From a virus, in IMG/VR virus record IMGVR_UViG_3300020274_000001, positions 1-64,000 of that record: 64,000 nt of DNA. One strand, 5' to 3'. Made by a program: the position numbers and the translations under genes. Below, piece after piece: positions 20,993 through 31,171 of this stretch. Numbering within the stretch: position 1 is the first letter of the stretch; each line of letters opens with the position of its first letter. The notes under the pieces are model-generated. The model ran no database searches, had not been told where the DNA came from, and saw only the letters and a list, made by a program, of their open reading frames with translations.

Positions 20993-21706
20993 GTGAATTA
21001 TATGGGACTATGGGGCAACAGCAATCAGACAAATAATGGATTAACACCAAGCGGTGTTAATGGCGGGCTTGCACCCGAACAGAAGCAACTTTTCCAACAA
21101 GCGGCCCAAGATTCTGGGCTTGCAGGAATAGGCATGAGTATGCTCGATAAAGCCACAGGCGGTATGAGCAACGAAAACCAAGTGCAAATGTTCTACAATC
21201 TTATGGCAACTCACCCGAATGAAGTATCTCTTTTCTTCCTACATTACCCACAATTCATCAAAGAAATATTTGAAGTATTCAGATTAATTGTCCGGCAAGA
21301 GTTGTATAGTATGTTCTCATCTGACATGATTCCACAATTCAAAGTCGACGCTACTAAGGCTGTCGAATTAGGATACTCTACCATTACACAAGAAAACATC
21401 GATGCGGCCATTGCAAAGGCCGTCCCGTTGCAACAAATGCAAGCAGAAGTCTCTCAAGCAGACATGCAAGCAATGCAACAAATCAACGCGGCAGGTATGG
21501 GAATGATGCAACAAGGCATCAACCAACAAATGAATCAGCAAATGATGCAACAGCAAATGATGCAACAGCAAATGATGCAACCGCAGAGACCCGGATTAGG
21601 AGGAGCCATAGGCGGCTTCGGTGCCTCCCTTATCCGAGGCACTCTTGGTCTGCCTCCCGCTCAACCCCAGATGGGATACCAGCAACAACAACCGCCGCAA
21701 TATTGA
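20993..21706 (+). CDS. Gln/Met-rich low-complexity protein
   Basis: QQMMQQQMMQQQMMQ repeats (15-nt unit near 21530-21580). Confidence 0.7.
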   Translation: MNYMGLWGNSNQTNNGLTPSGVNGGLAPEQKQLFQQAAQDSGLAGIGMSMLDKATGGMSNENQVQMFYNLMATHPNEVSLFFLHYPQFIKEIFEVFRLIVRQELYSMFSSDMIPQFKVDATKAVELGYSTITQENIDAAIAKAVPLQQMQAEVSQADMQAMQQINAAGMGMMQQGINQQMNQQMMQQQMMQQQMMQPQRPGLGGAIGGFGASLIRGTLGLPPAQPQMGYQQQQPPQY

Positions 21707-21716
21707 GGCGGTATAG

Positions 21717-24446
21717 ATGGTGAAGTTTCCAGAGGTCAACGCTCGGGTTCTACCCGAATTCCCAGAGACTTCATTGCAACAACGCTGGAGGGCAAAACAA
21801 ACCGAGTCGCTTGTAGCAAGAAGGACTTGGAAGAGCGCACAGATGTCTGTTACCTCAATTTGTATACCGTTCAAAACATATCTTGTCCGAGAATTCGGAG
21901 AAGATTACATCTCGACAATGATGGGACAATTCGAAAACATCCAACTTGGCAACCCGACACAAATGAACACGGCTACTGCCATAGTGTTAGGGCCAAGTAT
22001 GCCAGATAAACCAGATAAACCAGATGCATTACCAGAAAACCCTTCTCCAGAGGAGCAGACAGAATGGTCAGAATCAATGTCAGCCTATAAGGAATCATAT
22101 GACGGCTATGTAGCCGATGTAGAGATAGCAAAGTCCTACGTTGGTATGCCACGCCCAGACGCAGAGACCGCCAACAGAATAGTTACACTCGTGCTCAAAA
22201 TGATGGAATATGGACAAGCAGTGTTCAATGCGGAGGCTGAAGCAAAGAAACTCGCTCTCGAATCTCTTATCAAAGGCGAAACTCCATCTGCCGCATTACT
22301 ACGAGCAGTTACACAGACCAACCAACGATACGATTGGGAAGCAAACAAATTCGTAAACAAACCACTCAACTTCGCAAACTACGGGATAAACAGCGATGAC
22401 CCAAGACAGTGGAACGGGACCCAACTGATGTTAGATTTACTACAACCCTTGTTCTGGCAAAGCCAGTTTGCCGCAAGCGAAGGCTTTCTTAGCACTTGGA
22501 ATAGTAGTAACTATAATAGAGCAAAATGGGAGTCAAACTTCATAATGAATTGGGCAATAGGAAAGTTCGGCATTATCAATATAGGGTTGATTGGTAGCAT
22601 TATGGCCGATGCTGGAGACAGCGTATTGGCTCGGAAATTTTACGAAGCGTTCCCGAACATAAATCTGCTAATTACATCAGCAGGCACCAGAACTGTCAAC
22701 TCTGGGGGAACAAGGTATCAACAATTGCTGGTAAAGGGCCACCAACAAGGTTGGTTTACTCCAGAGGGAAGTGGGTTTAGGAACATCGGTAAAACCATTT
22801 TATTCTACGCAAAGGCATACGGCAAGACGGCAGACCCGCTAACATTTTGGTCAACCCACGCAAAGTATCGTGTGGCATCGAGGTCAATGGGAACATACGG
22901 AACCTATGGTGAAATTACCGCAGTAGACGCATCCATTGGTGCGCCCTCTGGGTTGGCTTCTGCAATATTGATTTATCCATCTGGCACTTCCACCAACGCA
23001 CCGATGATTGCGCTCAAGCAGTATTTCCCTTATCTGATGGATGTTGAGACAGGAAACAACCCTAAGATTGACAAATACATCGAAGACAAAATCGCTGACC
23101 GCAAAATCGCAAAGGCTGGAGCCGACTTCCAGAAGTTACCGCCGTCAACACAGACGAGTTATCGCTATGTGGCAGTAACCGAAACATTACTCGCATATCC
23201 CGGCGACTTAATGTTTCCAGCAGACAACACGTTCTCTCAAGAAAACAAATTCGCTTATGCGTTTACCGGAAGAGGGGCCGAATCCGATGCCCAATTCATG
23301 CACATTAGAAATCTAATTTCGAACACCTTCATCCACAAGGGATGGGCTGGTCGTATGAGAGATGGTAGTGTTGCCAATCAATTCTATATGTTGAAGAGTC
23401 CGTTCTCCGCTCTTGAAGAGCCATCTGGTCGACCATGGCCAGACGGTAGACCGGGGTTCCAAAGGGCAGAGTATAAGGAGCCTATAACCGACCGCCCTTT
23501 TTCTTGGGCTTCCGCTACACAAGCAATGAACAAAGAGCACCGTCAAATCATTTACGGGCTACCGAGCCCACACCCGAATGCCCGAATTATTTCTACGCTC
23601 AAGATTGTTCTCGTTCCATCACATATTGATACTGCGATTCGAGAATTGTATGCTCAATTAAAGCAAATCAAGGGTAAGATGGTCCAAGCATGGGGTAACG
23701 GTAACAAACATGCCCCAGACCCAGAATGGCTCGCTTACAGTAACGCTATGATTGCTTTAACATCTGGACATTGGGTAAATGAAGGAAAGTGGTTACGAGA
23801 AGGTAACCATGCGCTTAGAGCAGACCATGACATCAATACCATGTTTTCTACCATGGGGATACCCGTCGCTGGAACTTACACTTACATTGACAAATATCAG
23901 TATAGTAGCAAAACTCCCCGGCAAAAAAGCGACCAAGAGTGGGAACTTGAGCAAGTTATGGCCGTCTTGCAGAAACACGGACTAACTGATTTGAGTGGAT
24001 TGAAGACAGTATATGAAGACGCAATCAATGACACAGACGATATTGCCGCAGTAGTCAAGAATTTCCGTAGGGCCTTCCCCGGTATCCAAGAATTGGTCAT
24101 GCCTGATGTCGCACAATTAGATGAATTGACTCCGAACCAAAGGCCATTCAACGCAAATGTGACAGGGTTTAGCCGTGGTTTAGTTGCCGCAATCCCCGGC
24201 GTGCCCGGTAATCAACAAGCATCTCATATGGTTAGAAGGGTCGCCATGAACGTCAAAGGGACCTCTGGTAAAACATATTCCTTCGGAACAGGTAGGTCAG
24301 CCTTAGATGAGTTGACCCTTACTACGAATACTCAAGAGATGGAGATAGATACAAGTGGTTCTGTTGCACCTATTCTTGCTGGAACCGCACTCGGGGCGGC
24401 GGCTTTAGGAGCGTATGCTCTAATTAGGGGGATTACTTCGAGGTAG
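21717..24446 (+). CDS. large tail-anchored virion protein (909 aa)
   Basis: C-terminal TM ILAGTALGAAALGAYALIR. Confidence 0.6.
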   Translation: MVKFPEVNARVLPEFPETSLQQRWRAKQTESLVARRTWKSAQMSVTSICIPFKTYLVREFGEDYISTMMGQFENIQLGNPTQMNTATAIVLGPSMPDKPDKPDALPENPSPEEQTEWSESMSAYKESYDGYVADVEIAKSYVGMPRPDAETANRIVTLVLKMMEYGQAVFNAEAEAKKLALESLIKGETPSAALLRAVTQTNQRYDWEANKFVNKPLNFANYGINSDDPRQWNGTQLMLDLLQPLFWQSQFAASEGFLSTWNSSNYNRAKWESNFIMNWAIGKFGIINIGLIGSIMADAGDSVLARKFYEAFPNINLLITSAGTRTVNSGGTRYQQLLVKGHQQGWFTPEGSGFRNIGKTILFYAKAYGKTADPLTFWSTHAKYRVASRSMGTYGTYGEITAVDASIGAPSGLASAILIYPSGTSTNAPMIALKQYFPYLMDVETGNNPKIDKYIEDKIADRKIAKAGADFQKLPPSTQTSYRYVAVTETLLAYPGDLMFPADNTFSQENKFAYAFTGRGAESDAQFMHIRNLISNTFIHKGWAGRMRDGSVANQFYMLKSPFSALEEPSGRPWPDGRPGFQRAEYKEPITDRPFSWASATQAMNKEHRQIIYGLPSPHPNARIISTLKIVLVPSHIDTAIRELYAQLKQIKGKMVQAWGNGNKHAPDPEWLAYSNAMIALTSGHWVNEGKWLREGNHALRADHDINTMFSTMGIPVAGTYTYIDKYQYSSKTPRQKSDQEWELEQVMAVLQKHGLTDLSGLKTVYEDAINDTDDIAAVVKNFRRAFPGIQELVMPDVAQLDELTPNQRPFNANVTGFSRGLVAAIPGVPGNQQASHMVRRVAMNVKGTSGKTYSFGTGRSALDELTLTTNTQEMEIDTSGSVAPILAGTALGAAALGAYALIRGITSR

Positions 24447-24484
24447 CGACAGCCTCAAGACCTCAAACGTATTCGGGTGAAACA

Positions 24485-24937
24485 ATGGACCTCGCATCGC
24501 AGACTCAAAGACACCTCACAATGCGAGGATTTGGTTCCACGCACAATGGGTCACAGCCTCCGTATCACCCATCTAACGGCAAAGAATTCTCTTCCACTAA
24601 AGATAAATTCCCAAGTTTCGGCATGGTTGTCGCCGGAGACGCACAAAGAGTAGCCGCAGAGACCGGCGAAAAGGACACTCCACAAGACAGTGGTCTTGAC
24701 TACACAGGGCTTTCTGGTCCCTCACAACACGTTCTACGAGAGTATAAAATGTCGAACACAACTACCGGACTTGGTATTGGTTTAACGACAGGTCTTCTAC
24801 TTGTATACGCCGGACTCGACTTCCCTTATGGGAGGGAATCCATCAAGGCATTGAGGAATGTTAGACTCGACAGAGCGTTCCGCACAGCGGCACTACTTGG
24901 TGGCGGTGTGTTAGTAGCACAGAATTTGGGGGCATGA
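24485..24937 (+). CDS. membrane protein
   Basis: Two C-terminal hydrophobic segments. Confidence 0.6.
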   Translation: MDLASQTQRHLTMRGFGSTHNGSQPPYHPSNGKEFSSTKDKFPSFGMVVAGDAQRVAAETGEKDTPQDSGLDYTGLSGPSQHVLREYKMSNTTTGLGIGLTTGLLLVYAGLDFPYGRESIKALRNVRLDRAFRTAALLGGGVLVAQNLGA

Positions 24938-24939
24938 TT

Positions 24940-25350
24940 ATGGCGTATAGGACTCCACATCAATTTGGCAAGGCGAACTTACCTCCCGGTCTCGGAGAAA
25001 TCCGCATGGGAGAGACCGCAGAAGAACCAATCGAAATGGATGATTACGATTTCGAGCCCGTAGAGGACTCCATTCCTCGCACTGCTGGTATGGCAAGTGT
25101 TCCTAATCCAAAGCCAATAGGGGCCGCCAAAGTAGCCCAATTCAAGCAATTGGGCACAGCAGGTGGTCAAAAGATGTCAAACTTCTTCCAGCACCCGTTT
25201 ACCCACCTTGGCGTAGGCATCCTTGCTGGTATGTTGCTTGCTGATGTAGCCTCTGACAGATTTGTTATGCCTATCGTTAAGCATCCAGCATCAACTCTTG
25301 CTCTAACGAGCGCAGGGACTATTGGGGTCCTTTCAGTAATTAACAGGTGA
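24940..25350 (+). CDS. membrane protein
   Basis: Two C-terminal hydrophobic segments. Confidence 0.6.
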   Translation: MAYRTPHQFGKANLPPGLGEIRMGETAEEPIEMDDYDFEPVEDSIPRTAGMASVPNPKPIGAAKVAQFKQLGTAGGQKMSNFFQHPFTHLGVGILAGMLLADVASDRFVMPIVKHPASTLALTSAGTIGVLSVINR

Positions 25351-25354
25351 TACA

Positions 25355-26236
25355 ATGGTAAAGGTAGGAATGTTCAATCATCAAATCTCTCGAACCTTGG
25401 GTTCCAGAGCAAGAATGACACATGTCCGCAACAACATTGCCGCACTACGGGGTTCGCCTTACGCCCCATACGAGCAAGACAGGCTCAACATGGAAGTCAA
25501 ACAGTTGGCTGGTCTGGCAGATGAATTAGACCGTAACGAAGATGGTAGGGTCAGCCTATGGGAAAGAGGAACATCTGTCGTAACTTTACCAATTCGCGCT
25601 CTACTTTACACATCAGACGAAGTTGACCCAACATACGAAGAATACCTTAGCCTGCAAGAAGGTGCCATGGGAGACATGAATGAATCACAGTCTGGTCGCA
25701 TCGAAATGCTCAACAAAGCCGTTCAAGACCGACAAAGGCTCATTGGTAACTACGAATTAGTGCTTCAACAATACAATGCTCAAGTAAAAGTTATCAAAGA
25801 CACAGAAAACGAGCAACACACAGAATTAAAGAATTTCATCGAATACATGAAGACGAAGTTACAAGACCCAACAGATGATGTTACCTTTGATGGTCAAACC
25901 TACCAAGAGGCTCTCGCTAAATATCAACGAGAGGCCGCAGTAATTACAGAGGCTAAATCCAACGTAGACACTCTTGGAGAGCAACTAAGGACGCTACAAG
26001 GACAGATTGAAGCACAAGATAAGGCCGTCAAAGACGCCGCAGTAGTTGCTGGAGTCGATGTAGAGAGTGGAGCACTCGAAGCCACAGGAGATGCAATAGG
26101 TGGATTCATTGGACCATTCATTATTGGTGGCATTGGTGCAACACTACTCCTCGGTGCCATAGCAGGTATGCGTGGCCGAACCCCACCTCGACGTGGTCGA
26201 AGAGGAAGTGCCATGGATGTATTCATGAGTCGCTAA
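25355..26236 (+). CDS. coiled-coil protein with C-terminal TM and Arg-rich tail
   Basis: Long heptads; EF-hand-like DRNEDGRVSLWE; TM then RGRTPPRRGRR. Confidence 0.65.
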   Translation: MVKVGMFNHQISRTLGSRARMTHVRNNIAALRGSPYAPYEQDRLNMEVKQLAGLADELDRNEDGRVSLWERGTSVVTLPIRALLYTSDEVDPTYEEYLSLQEGAMGDMNESQSGRIEMLNKAVQDRQRLIGNYELVLQQYNAQVKVIKDTENEQHTELKNFIEYMKTKLQDPTDDVTFDGQTYQEALAKYQREAAVITEAKSNVDTLGEQLRTLQGQIEAQDKAVKDAAVVAGVDVESGALEATGDAIGGFIGPFIIGGIGATLLLGAIAGMRGRTPPRRGRRGSAMDVFMSR

Positions 26237-26285
26237 TAGGTTATCAACCGAATAATCTATAAACAACTCTCTTTTGTGCCGGGTT

Positions 26286-26762
26286 ATGGAAGATAATTCG
26301 CCAATAAAACAAGCCTTAGACAGATGGCTAAACGCTTTGAATACATTTACTCATTCTTTAGGTTTAGACGAAGACCAATCTCATACTCTTTTCAAAACAT
26401 TTGACTTGTTTGAAGATTACATGACTCTCAAGTATGGCCTGTTGCAAAACACCGGAAACATGAGTTTCGCAGTTGCATCGGAAATACCGGTTACCGGGGA
26501 TTCGAACCCCCTAAATGGTCAAGAAGACTCTACTAAGGAAGAAGAAACGACTAAGAACATGTTCCAAAAGGAGTCCGGCTTACAAACCGGAGCATTAGAT
26601 ACCACCTGTTCCATTGGAAAGTGGAAAGGACAAACCTTCCGAGAGATGTTAGAATCTCCCGAAGGAGAGAGCGCAGTAAGAGTCATTGCTATGTCTCAAT
26701 TGCCATCAGCAAAGACGGCTAAGATAGTCGTCAATTATCACGACGGAGTTGCCCAAGAATGA
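26286..26762 (+). CDS. hypothetical protein
   Basis: Leaderless-type start after TCTATAAA; GKWKGQTF motif. Confidence 0.55.
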   Translation: MEDNSPIKQALDRWLNALNTFTHSLGLDEDQSHTLFKTFDLFEDYMTLKYGLLQNTGNMSFAVASEIPVTGDSNPLNGQEDSTKEEETTKNMFQKESGLQTGALDTTCSIGKWKGQTFREMLESPEGESAVRVIAMSQLPSAKTAKIVVNYHDGVAQE

Positions 26763-26968
26763 GAGAATCAAAAGGAAAGACTCATGTGAAAGCACACTGC
26801 AAGGTATGCGGACACATATCCCCCGCAACAGTATACACCGAGAATGGTGTCTTAACATTAATTCACATACAATGCTATGAGCACGCTGATTATCTTTTGA
26901 ATAAGATAAAATTCGGGCCTATGAGGAAAGGACAACAAGAATTGAAGGTGGAACATCATGGATACTAA
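26759..26968 (+). CDS. small Zn-binding protein
   Basis: CKVCGH...CYEH. Confidence 0.5.
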   Translation: MRESKGKTHVKAHCKVCGHISPATVYTENGVLTLIHIQCYEHADYLLNKIKFGPMRKGQQELKVEHHGY

Positions 26969-27529
26969 TTGTCTTGTTGGCATAGTTGGAGTGATTATAT
27001 TATATCTTCTGGGTCGAATAATATACCCAGACGAGAGTAATCACAAGACATCATTAATCAATTACGGAGAAGCGGTGGGACAGGTATACGGGAGCGAAGA
27101 AGAATGACCGACGAAGAAGTATTAGAATTCATTAGATGGGCTGAAAAGACACACCCAGCATATCTCAACAACCTCAAAGACGGCTACCGTCGATTCAAGG
27201 AGGCTTCACAATGACATTCGTCATTGAGTGTCATTCAGAAGCAACAGGTTGGCTACCATATGCAAGAGCCGATAATATCGAAGAAGCCCGTATGAAGGCC
27301 GCCAATGCCTTCATTAAGACACGGCACACCGTCGTGCGTATCAAGGAGACGAGATGATGAAATTGGTGCTGATAGTATTCTATTTGATGTTGCTTCTTTT
27401 TGCATCTATGTATTTATTTGACCGATATTACATCACCCATGTAACTGAAGAAGAGCGTCATTCTTGGTATGATGAAGCGGCAAAAAGATATGGGGCAGAA
27501 TTCATTGCTTCAATATTAGAGGGAGAAGA

Positions 27530-27667
27530 ATGAGTCTTGTTTGCCCAGAATGTGGAGAGAAAGCCTTCACGATTGTCAAGTATTCCTCTAAGGGCGGCAC
27601 TTGGACAAGGCACCGAGAGAGAGCAATATATCGCTGTTCTACTTGTGGATACGAAGAAACCGTATGA
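27530..27667 (+). CDS. 45-aa zinc-ribbon protein (not in ORF track)
   Basis: MSLVCPECGEK...YRCSTCGYEETV*. Confidence 0.6.
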   Translation: MSLVCPECGEKAFTIVKYSSKGGTWTRHRERAIYRCSTCGYEETV

Positions 27668-27876
27668 CCTTTCCAGCAATGGTTATAGGTGATGACTCTT
27701 TGGCTTATAACGAAAGGAGATTACTATGTGGTATATACTAATTAACACCAAAGAACCCGAAACACCGCCAGAAGTCATTGCTATGAGCAGGACCAAGGAA
27801 GAGATGAAAAGAATAACAGACGCACTCGCAAAAGCGAAGGCACAATACTCTGGCGGACTGTTCGTGGTGACTTACG

Positions 27877-28782
27877 ATGGGGAGTAGTGGCTGGACACTT
27901 GCCAACGCATCCTACTCGATGTTGAGCACATGGATGACTTGCAGACAGAAATTCGCCTACAAATACAGGGACCGTATGAAGGAGCCAGACGGCATCTATT
28001 TTCCTCAAGGAAACACGATTCACGCCGCTCTTTATGACTTCCACCAGACCCCTACAATCGAAAACGAGTTACTGTTGTCTATGGCAGAACAGTATTGGGC
28101 GAATGAAATAGAAGGAAAGGAATTCTTCGATTTCAAAGGAAACCGTCAGACAGCAGAACAGATTGAAGCGGCTTACGAAGATACCATTCGTTGGCTAAAC
28201 GGATACGTCAATGCAGTAAAGAACGGAGACTTCCCGTTCATTGAATTCGCTACCCCTCCAGAGCAAGATGTTCAAAGAGAGGTAGACGGCACTCTATTTA
28301 CCGCACGTGGTTATGTCGATTTCTTCCCGAAAGAAGTCAAGGTTCTCCCAACAGGAGAGATACTCATGGCTTGTAAAGACGGAGAAGTCCACATAGGGGA
28401 TTTCAAGACAGGTTCTAAGAAATTCAACGCATGGAATCAAGTGAAAGCAGACATCGACCTGCAACCAACGGTATACGGATACATCATGGGTAAGAAACCC
28501 ATGACCTTCCACTATGTCGTAATCGAAAAGACGGCATCCCATGAGAAACCGTCTCTCAAGCACATTGTGACAAAGCGTGATGCGAAGGACTACGAGATGT
28601 TCGAGAACATCATGAAAGAATTCGACCGCTCCGCAGACCGTCTTAACCAATATCAAGACGGCATCTTCTTCCCAGAACCTACCATGGGGTTCGGGCGTTT
28701 CTGCTCTAAATTATGCTCATTCAAAGACCAATGCTGGAACGACCACTTTGTAAAGGAGGAAGCCGGAAATGCTGTCGCATGA
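27877..28782 (+). CDS. PD-(D/E)XK nuclease, RecB/AddB/Cas4-like
   Basis: SYSML..W..C, GNTIHAAL, RGYVD, GDFKTG, QPTVY, C-terminal CxxxCxxxxxC. Confidence 0.88.
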   Translation: MGSSGWTLANASYSMLSTWMTCRQKFAYKYRDRMKEPDGIYFPQGNTIHAALYDFHQTPTIENELLLSMAEQYWANEIEGKEFFDFKGNRQTAEQIEAAYEDTIRWLNGYVNAVKNGDFPFIEFATPPEQDVQREVDGTLFTARGYVDFFPKEVKVLPTGEILMACKDGEVHIGDFKTGSKKFNAWNQVKADIDLQPTVYGYIMGKKPMTFHYVVIEKTASHEKPSLKHIVTKRDAKDYEMFENIMKEFDRSADRLNQYQDGIFFPEPTMGFGRFCSKLCSFKDQCWNDHFVKEEAGNAVA

Positions 28783-28990
28783 ATGGTTTATGGTTATCAT
28801 ACTTGTAGTGTTATTCTTAGTGACACTAAGAACAATGCTTATGGTTAACGCCCTTGGTCAATTGACCTTTGCTGTTGCGGAGAGAGCCGTAGATATCATG
28901 GATGAATTAGAAGAATCCGTAGAGAAGGCTAACAAGAAGCAGGCAGAAGGAGACCCTACTAAATGGAGAGATTGGGATGGAATCGCATAG
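28769..28990 (+). CDS. small membrane protein
   Basis: N-terminal TM. Confidence 0.5.
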   Translation: MLSHEWFMVIILVVLFLVTLRTMLMVNALGQLTFAVAERAVDIMDELEESVEKANKKQAEGDPTKWRDWDGIA

Positions 28991-29134
28991 TGGCTTTGGT
29001 TGGCATGAATCATATCAGTGTCCAGAGTGTCATGTCATCGATGACGCCTGCTTTCAAGAAGAAGGCGATTTGGAGATTACCATCTTGACCTGTTGCGGTA
29101 TCATCATAGTCGATGTTGTTGAAGAGGTAGTGGC

Positions 29135-29371
29135 ATGATTTGGGACCCCGTATTCGGATGGGATTGGGATAGAATCCGCTTTGGATTCTTGTTCATAGGT
29201 TTCGTATTCGTATTTTCGGGGTTCATTTCAGCCACAGAAGGCGGGTCTTTTCTTGACCCTACTATGAGTCTTCTCGGGTTCTTAAAGAAGAACGACATTG
29301 CGGTATTGATAGGCACTCTCCTACTCCTAATGTTAGGATACTCTTGGTGGAGAAGGGAGGTGGGCTGGTAA
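29135..29371 (+). CDS. two-TM membrane protein
   Basis: Two hydrophobic helices. Confidence 0.55.
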   Translation: MIWDPVFGWDWDRIRFGFLFIGFVFVFSGFISATEGGSFLDPTMSLLGFLKKNDIAVLIGTLLLLMLGYSWWRREVGW

Positions 29372-30006
29372 TGGTCGCTGTAATGTATGTATTCAAAGAA
29401 AAACCCGCTATGACGCTCGATATATACGAGCCTCTGTTGAACCTTGTAGCCGTTAGGCACTCTCTCAAGGTTGAGGGTGTGTATGCTGACGGATTTGAAG
29501 TCCCACGAGGAGGGTGGAGTAATCTTGTTGAAGACATCAAGAAAGAGGGGATTACTTCAATTATCATACCGAATTTCTCCAAATGGGATGGTAAACCCGA
29601 GGAGTTCATGCGGGATATTCAGCCTCTTGTTAACGCAGGGGTGGCAGTAGCAGTAGCACATGCGCCTTTCATCAATAATGGTCTAATTAACGACAATGCT
29701 GGGCTTGCTCAAGCCATCATTGTCATTGAATCTGCGCAATACTACCGGGATGTCAAGGGCCTGCGCATACGTGCAGGGCAGAAAGCCACAGATAAGAATA
29801 TCGGAAACACCCCTTACGGCATGAAGAATATCAATGGGACGCTGGTTATCGATTCTGGAGAAATGGAGAATGTTAGACATATCATGCGAGCGCATCTAAT
29901 GGGAGTGTCTGCGGGTGACATTTCTCGGGCTTTAGGCCCCGGTTTCAACTACGATAAGGTATACCATGTCATAGAATATTGGACAGATAAGGCGGGATGG
30001 CGTTGA
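29371..30006 (+). CDS. degenerate serine-recombinase-like protein
   Basis: RIRAG...GNTPYG...EMENVRHI...GVSAGDISRAL resembles the recombinase C-terminal region; no YxRxS catalytic motif. Confidence 0.55.
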   Translation: MVAVMYVFKEKPAMTLDIYEPLLNLVAVRHSLKVEGVYADGFEVPRGGWSNLVEDIKKEGITSIIIPNFSKWDGKPEEFMRDIQPLVNAGVAVAVAHAPFINNGLINDNAGLAQAIIVIESAQYYRDVKGLRIRAGQKATDKNIGNTPYGMKNINGTLVIDSGEMENVRHIMRAHLMGVSAGDISRALGPGFNYDKVYHVIEYWTDKAGWR

Positions 30007-30233
30007 GCGACAGGAAGGTGCATTCAGTGATACCCAAACCCACTACAAGTCTGGTCGAAAAGATAGGTCTTGATGAGGTTAACCTCAACATTACCTTGTC
30101 CGATGACACGAAAGAAATGGTCGAGAACATGAAGGATACCATGCAAAGTGAGACCAGAAAAACAAGGAATGTTTTGATTGTTTTAGGTGTGCTAAATGCA
30201 CTATCTTTCTTCCTTGGCAAATATGTCGTATAA
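29997..30233 (+). CDS. tail-anchored membrane protein
   Basis: C-terminal TM. Confidence 0.5.
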   Translation: MALSDRKVHSVIPKPTTSLVEKIGLDEVNLNITLSDDTKEMVENMKDTMQSETRKTRNVLIVLGVLNALSFFLGKYVV

Positions 30234-30365
30234 GTCATAAATTCATTAAAAATCTTCAGTTTATATACTGTCGACGTTGTTTAGTGTGTAAAAGTGACTT
30301 AGAACATGTTTCATTTAGAAATGGTGTAAGAATCCCTTATCACCAATGCGAAGCATCGTCTGTTT

Positions 30366-30440
30366 GGCCCCGTGGTGTAATGGATAGCATATGAGGTTCC
30401 GAACCTCATGACCCGGGTTCGACTCCCGGCGGGGCCGCCA
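30366..30440 (+). tRNA. tRNA-Arg(CCG), CCA encoded
   Basis: Acceptor GGCCCCG/CGGGGCC; anticodon arm TGAGG-TTCCGAA-CCTCA; T arm CCGGG-TTCGACT-CCCGG; ends G-CCA. Confidence 0.95.
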
Positions 30441-30450
30441 AGGTGTTTTC

Positions 30451-30906
30451 ATGGACAGGAAAGAAATCCGGAAAATGGTCATGAAAATCAAGCCTAATTA
30501 CAAGAAGATTCGATTGATATTCTACTACTCATTAGGCTTCTATAAAGACGGAGTAATTCAATTCTACAAAGGCGGGTTAACAGATAACATCCCCAAGAGA
30601 CTGTATGACCTACGGTCATATGTGCAGAAGAGAGGATATACTGTCGATTTCGAGAGCGACCCACACATATTCTTTGGCTGGAAGAGTGCTAAGAAGTTCG
30701 AGAATAAACTGTTAGCCATCGAGGATATCAGAACAGAATCGCCCTTTGGATACTTCAACGGGCATACTGAATTGTTCACGGTTGCTCCCCTTGAGTATGC
30801 CTATTCTAATGGAATGGCTAAATCGAATTGGGATGATTATTGGGACAATTTCGACAAAGGAGTGCATCACCCTGCTTGGCATCTGGCGGGTTGGCTACAT
30901 GAATGA
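30451..30906 (+). CDS. GIY-YIG superfamily (T5orf172/MUG113-like) nuclease
   Basis: FYKGGLTDNIPKRL...AKKFENKLL...FNGHTELF; directly after the tRNA. Confidence 0.65.
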   Translation: MDRKEIRKMVMKIKPNYKKIRLIFYYSLGFYKDGVIQFYKGGLTDNIPKRLYDLRSYVQKRGYTVDFESDPHIFFGWKSAKKFENKLLAIEDIRTESPFGYFNGHTELFTVAPLEYAYSNGMAKSNWDDYWDNFDKGVHHPAWHLAGWLHE

Positions 30907-31171
30907 AAATACACACACAGGTAAGTATTCGGCACTTGATACCACCGTCGAATATATAGATAGGAAGTATATGGCCCGACTTATGTATCCAACTATTAAT
31001 TGGTCCCTCCAGAAAAAGAAAGACAAAAAGGATTGGAAAGTGAAGTTACGACAACCCGTAATAGATTTGATTTCTGAATTAAAACGAAACCCGTCATTCG
31101 AAGATGTTGCTGGCACTGTCCACGTAGACACACAATATGCTACGGTCAAATTCAAAGTTAACCCAGAGTAA
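30899..31171 (+). CDS. hypothetical protein
   Basis: ORF from MNENTHT, overlapping the upstream stop. Confidence 0.45.
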   Translation: MNENTHTGKYSALDTTVEYIDRKYMARLMYPTINWSLQKKKDKKDWKVKLRQPVIDLISELKRNPSFEDVAGTVHVDTQYATVKFKVNPE

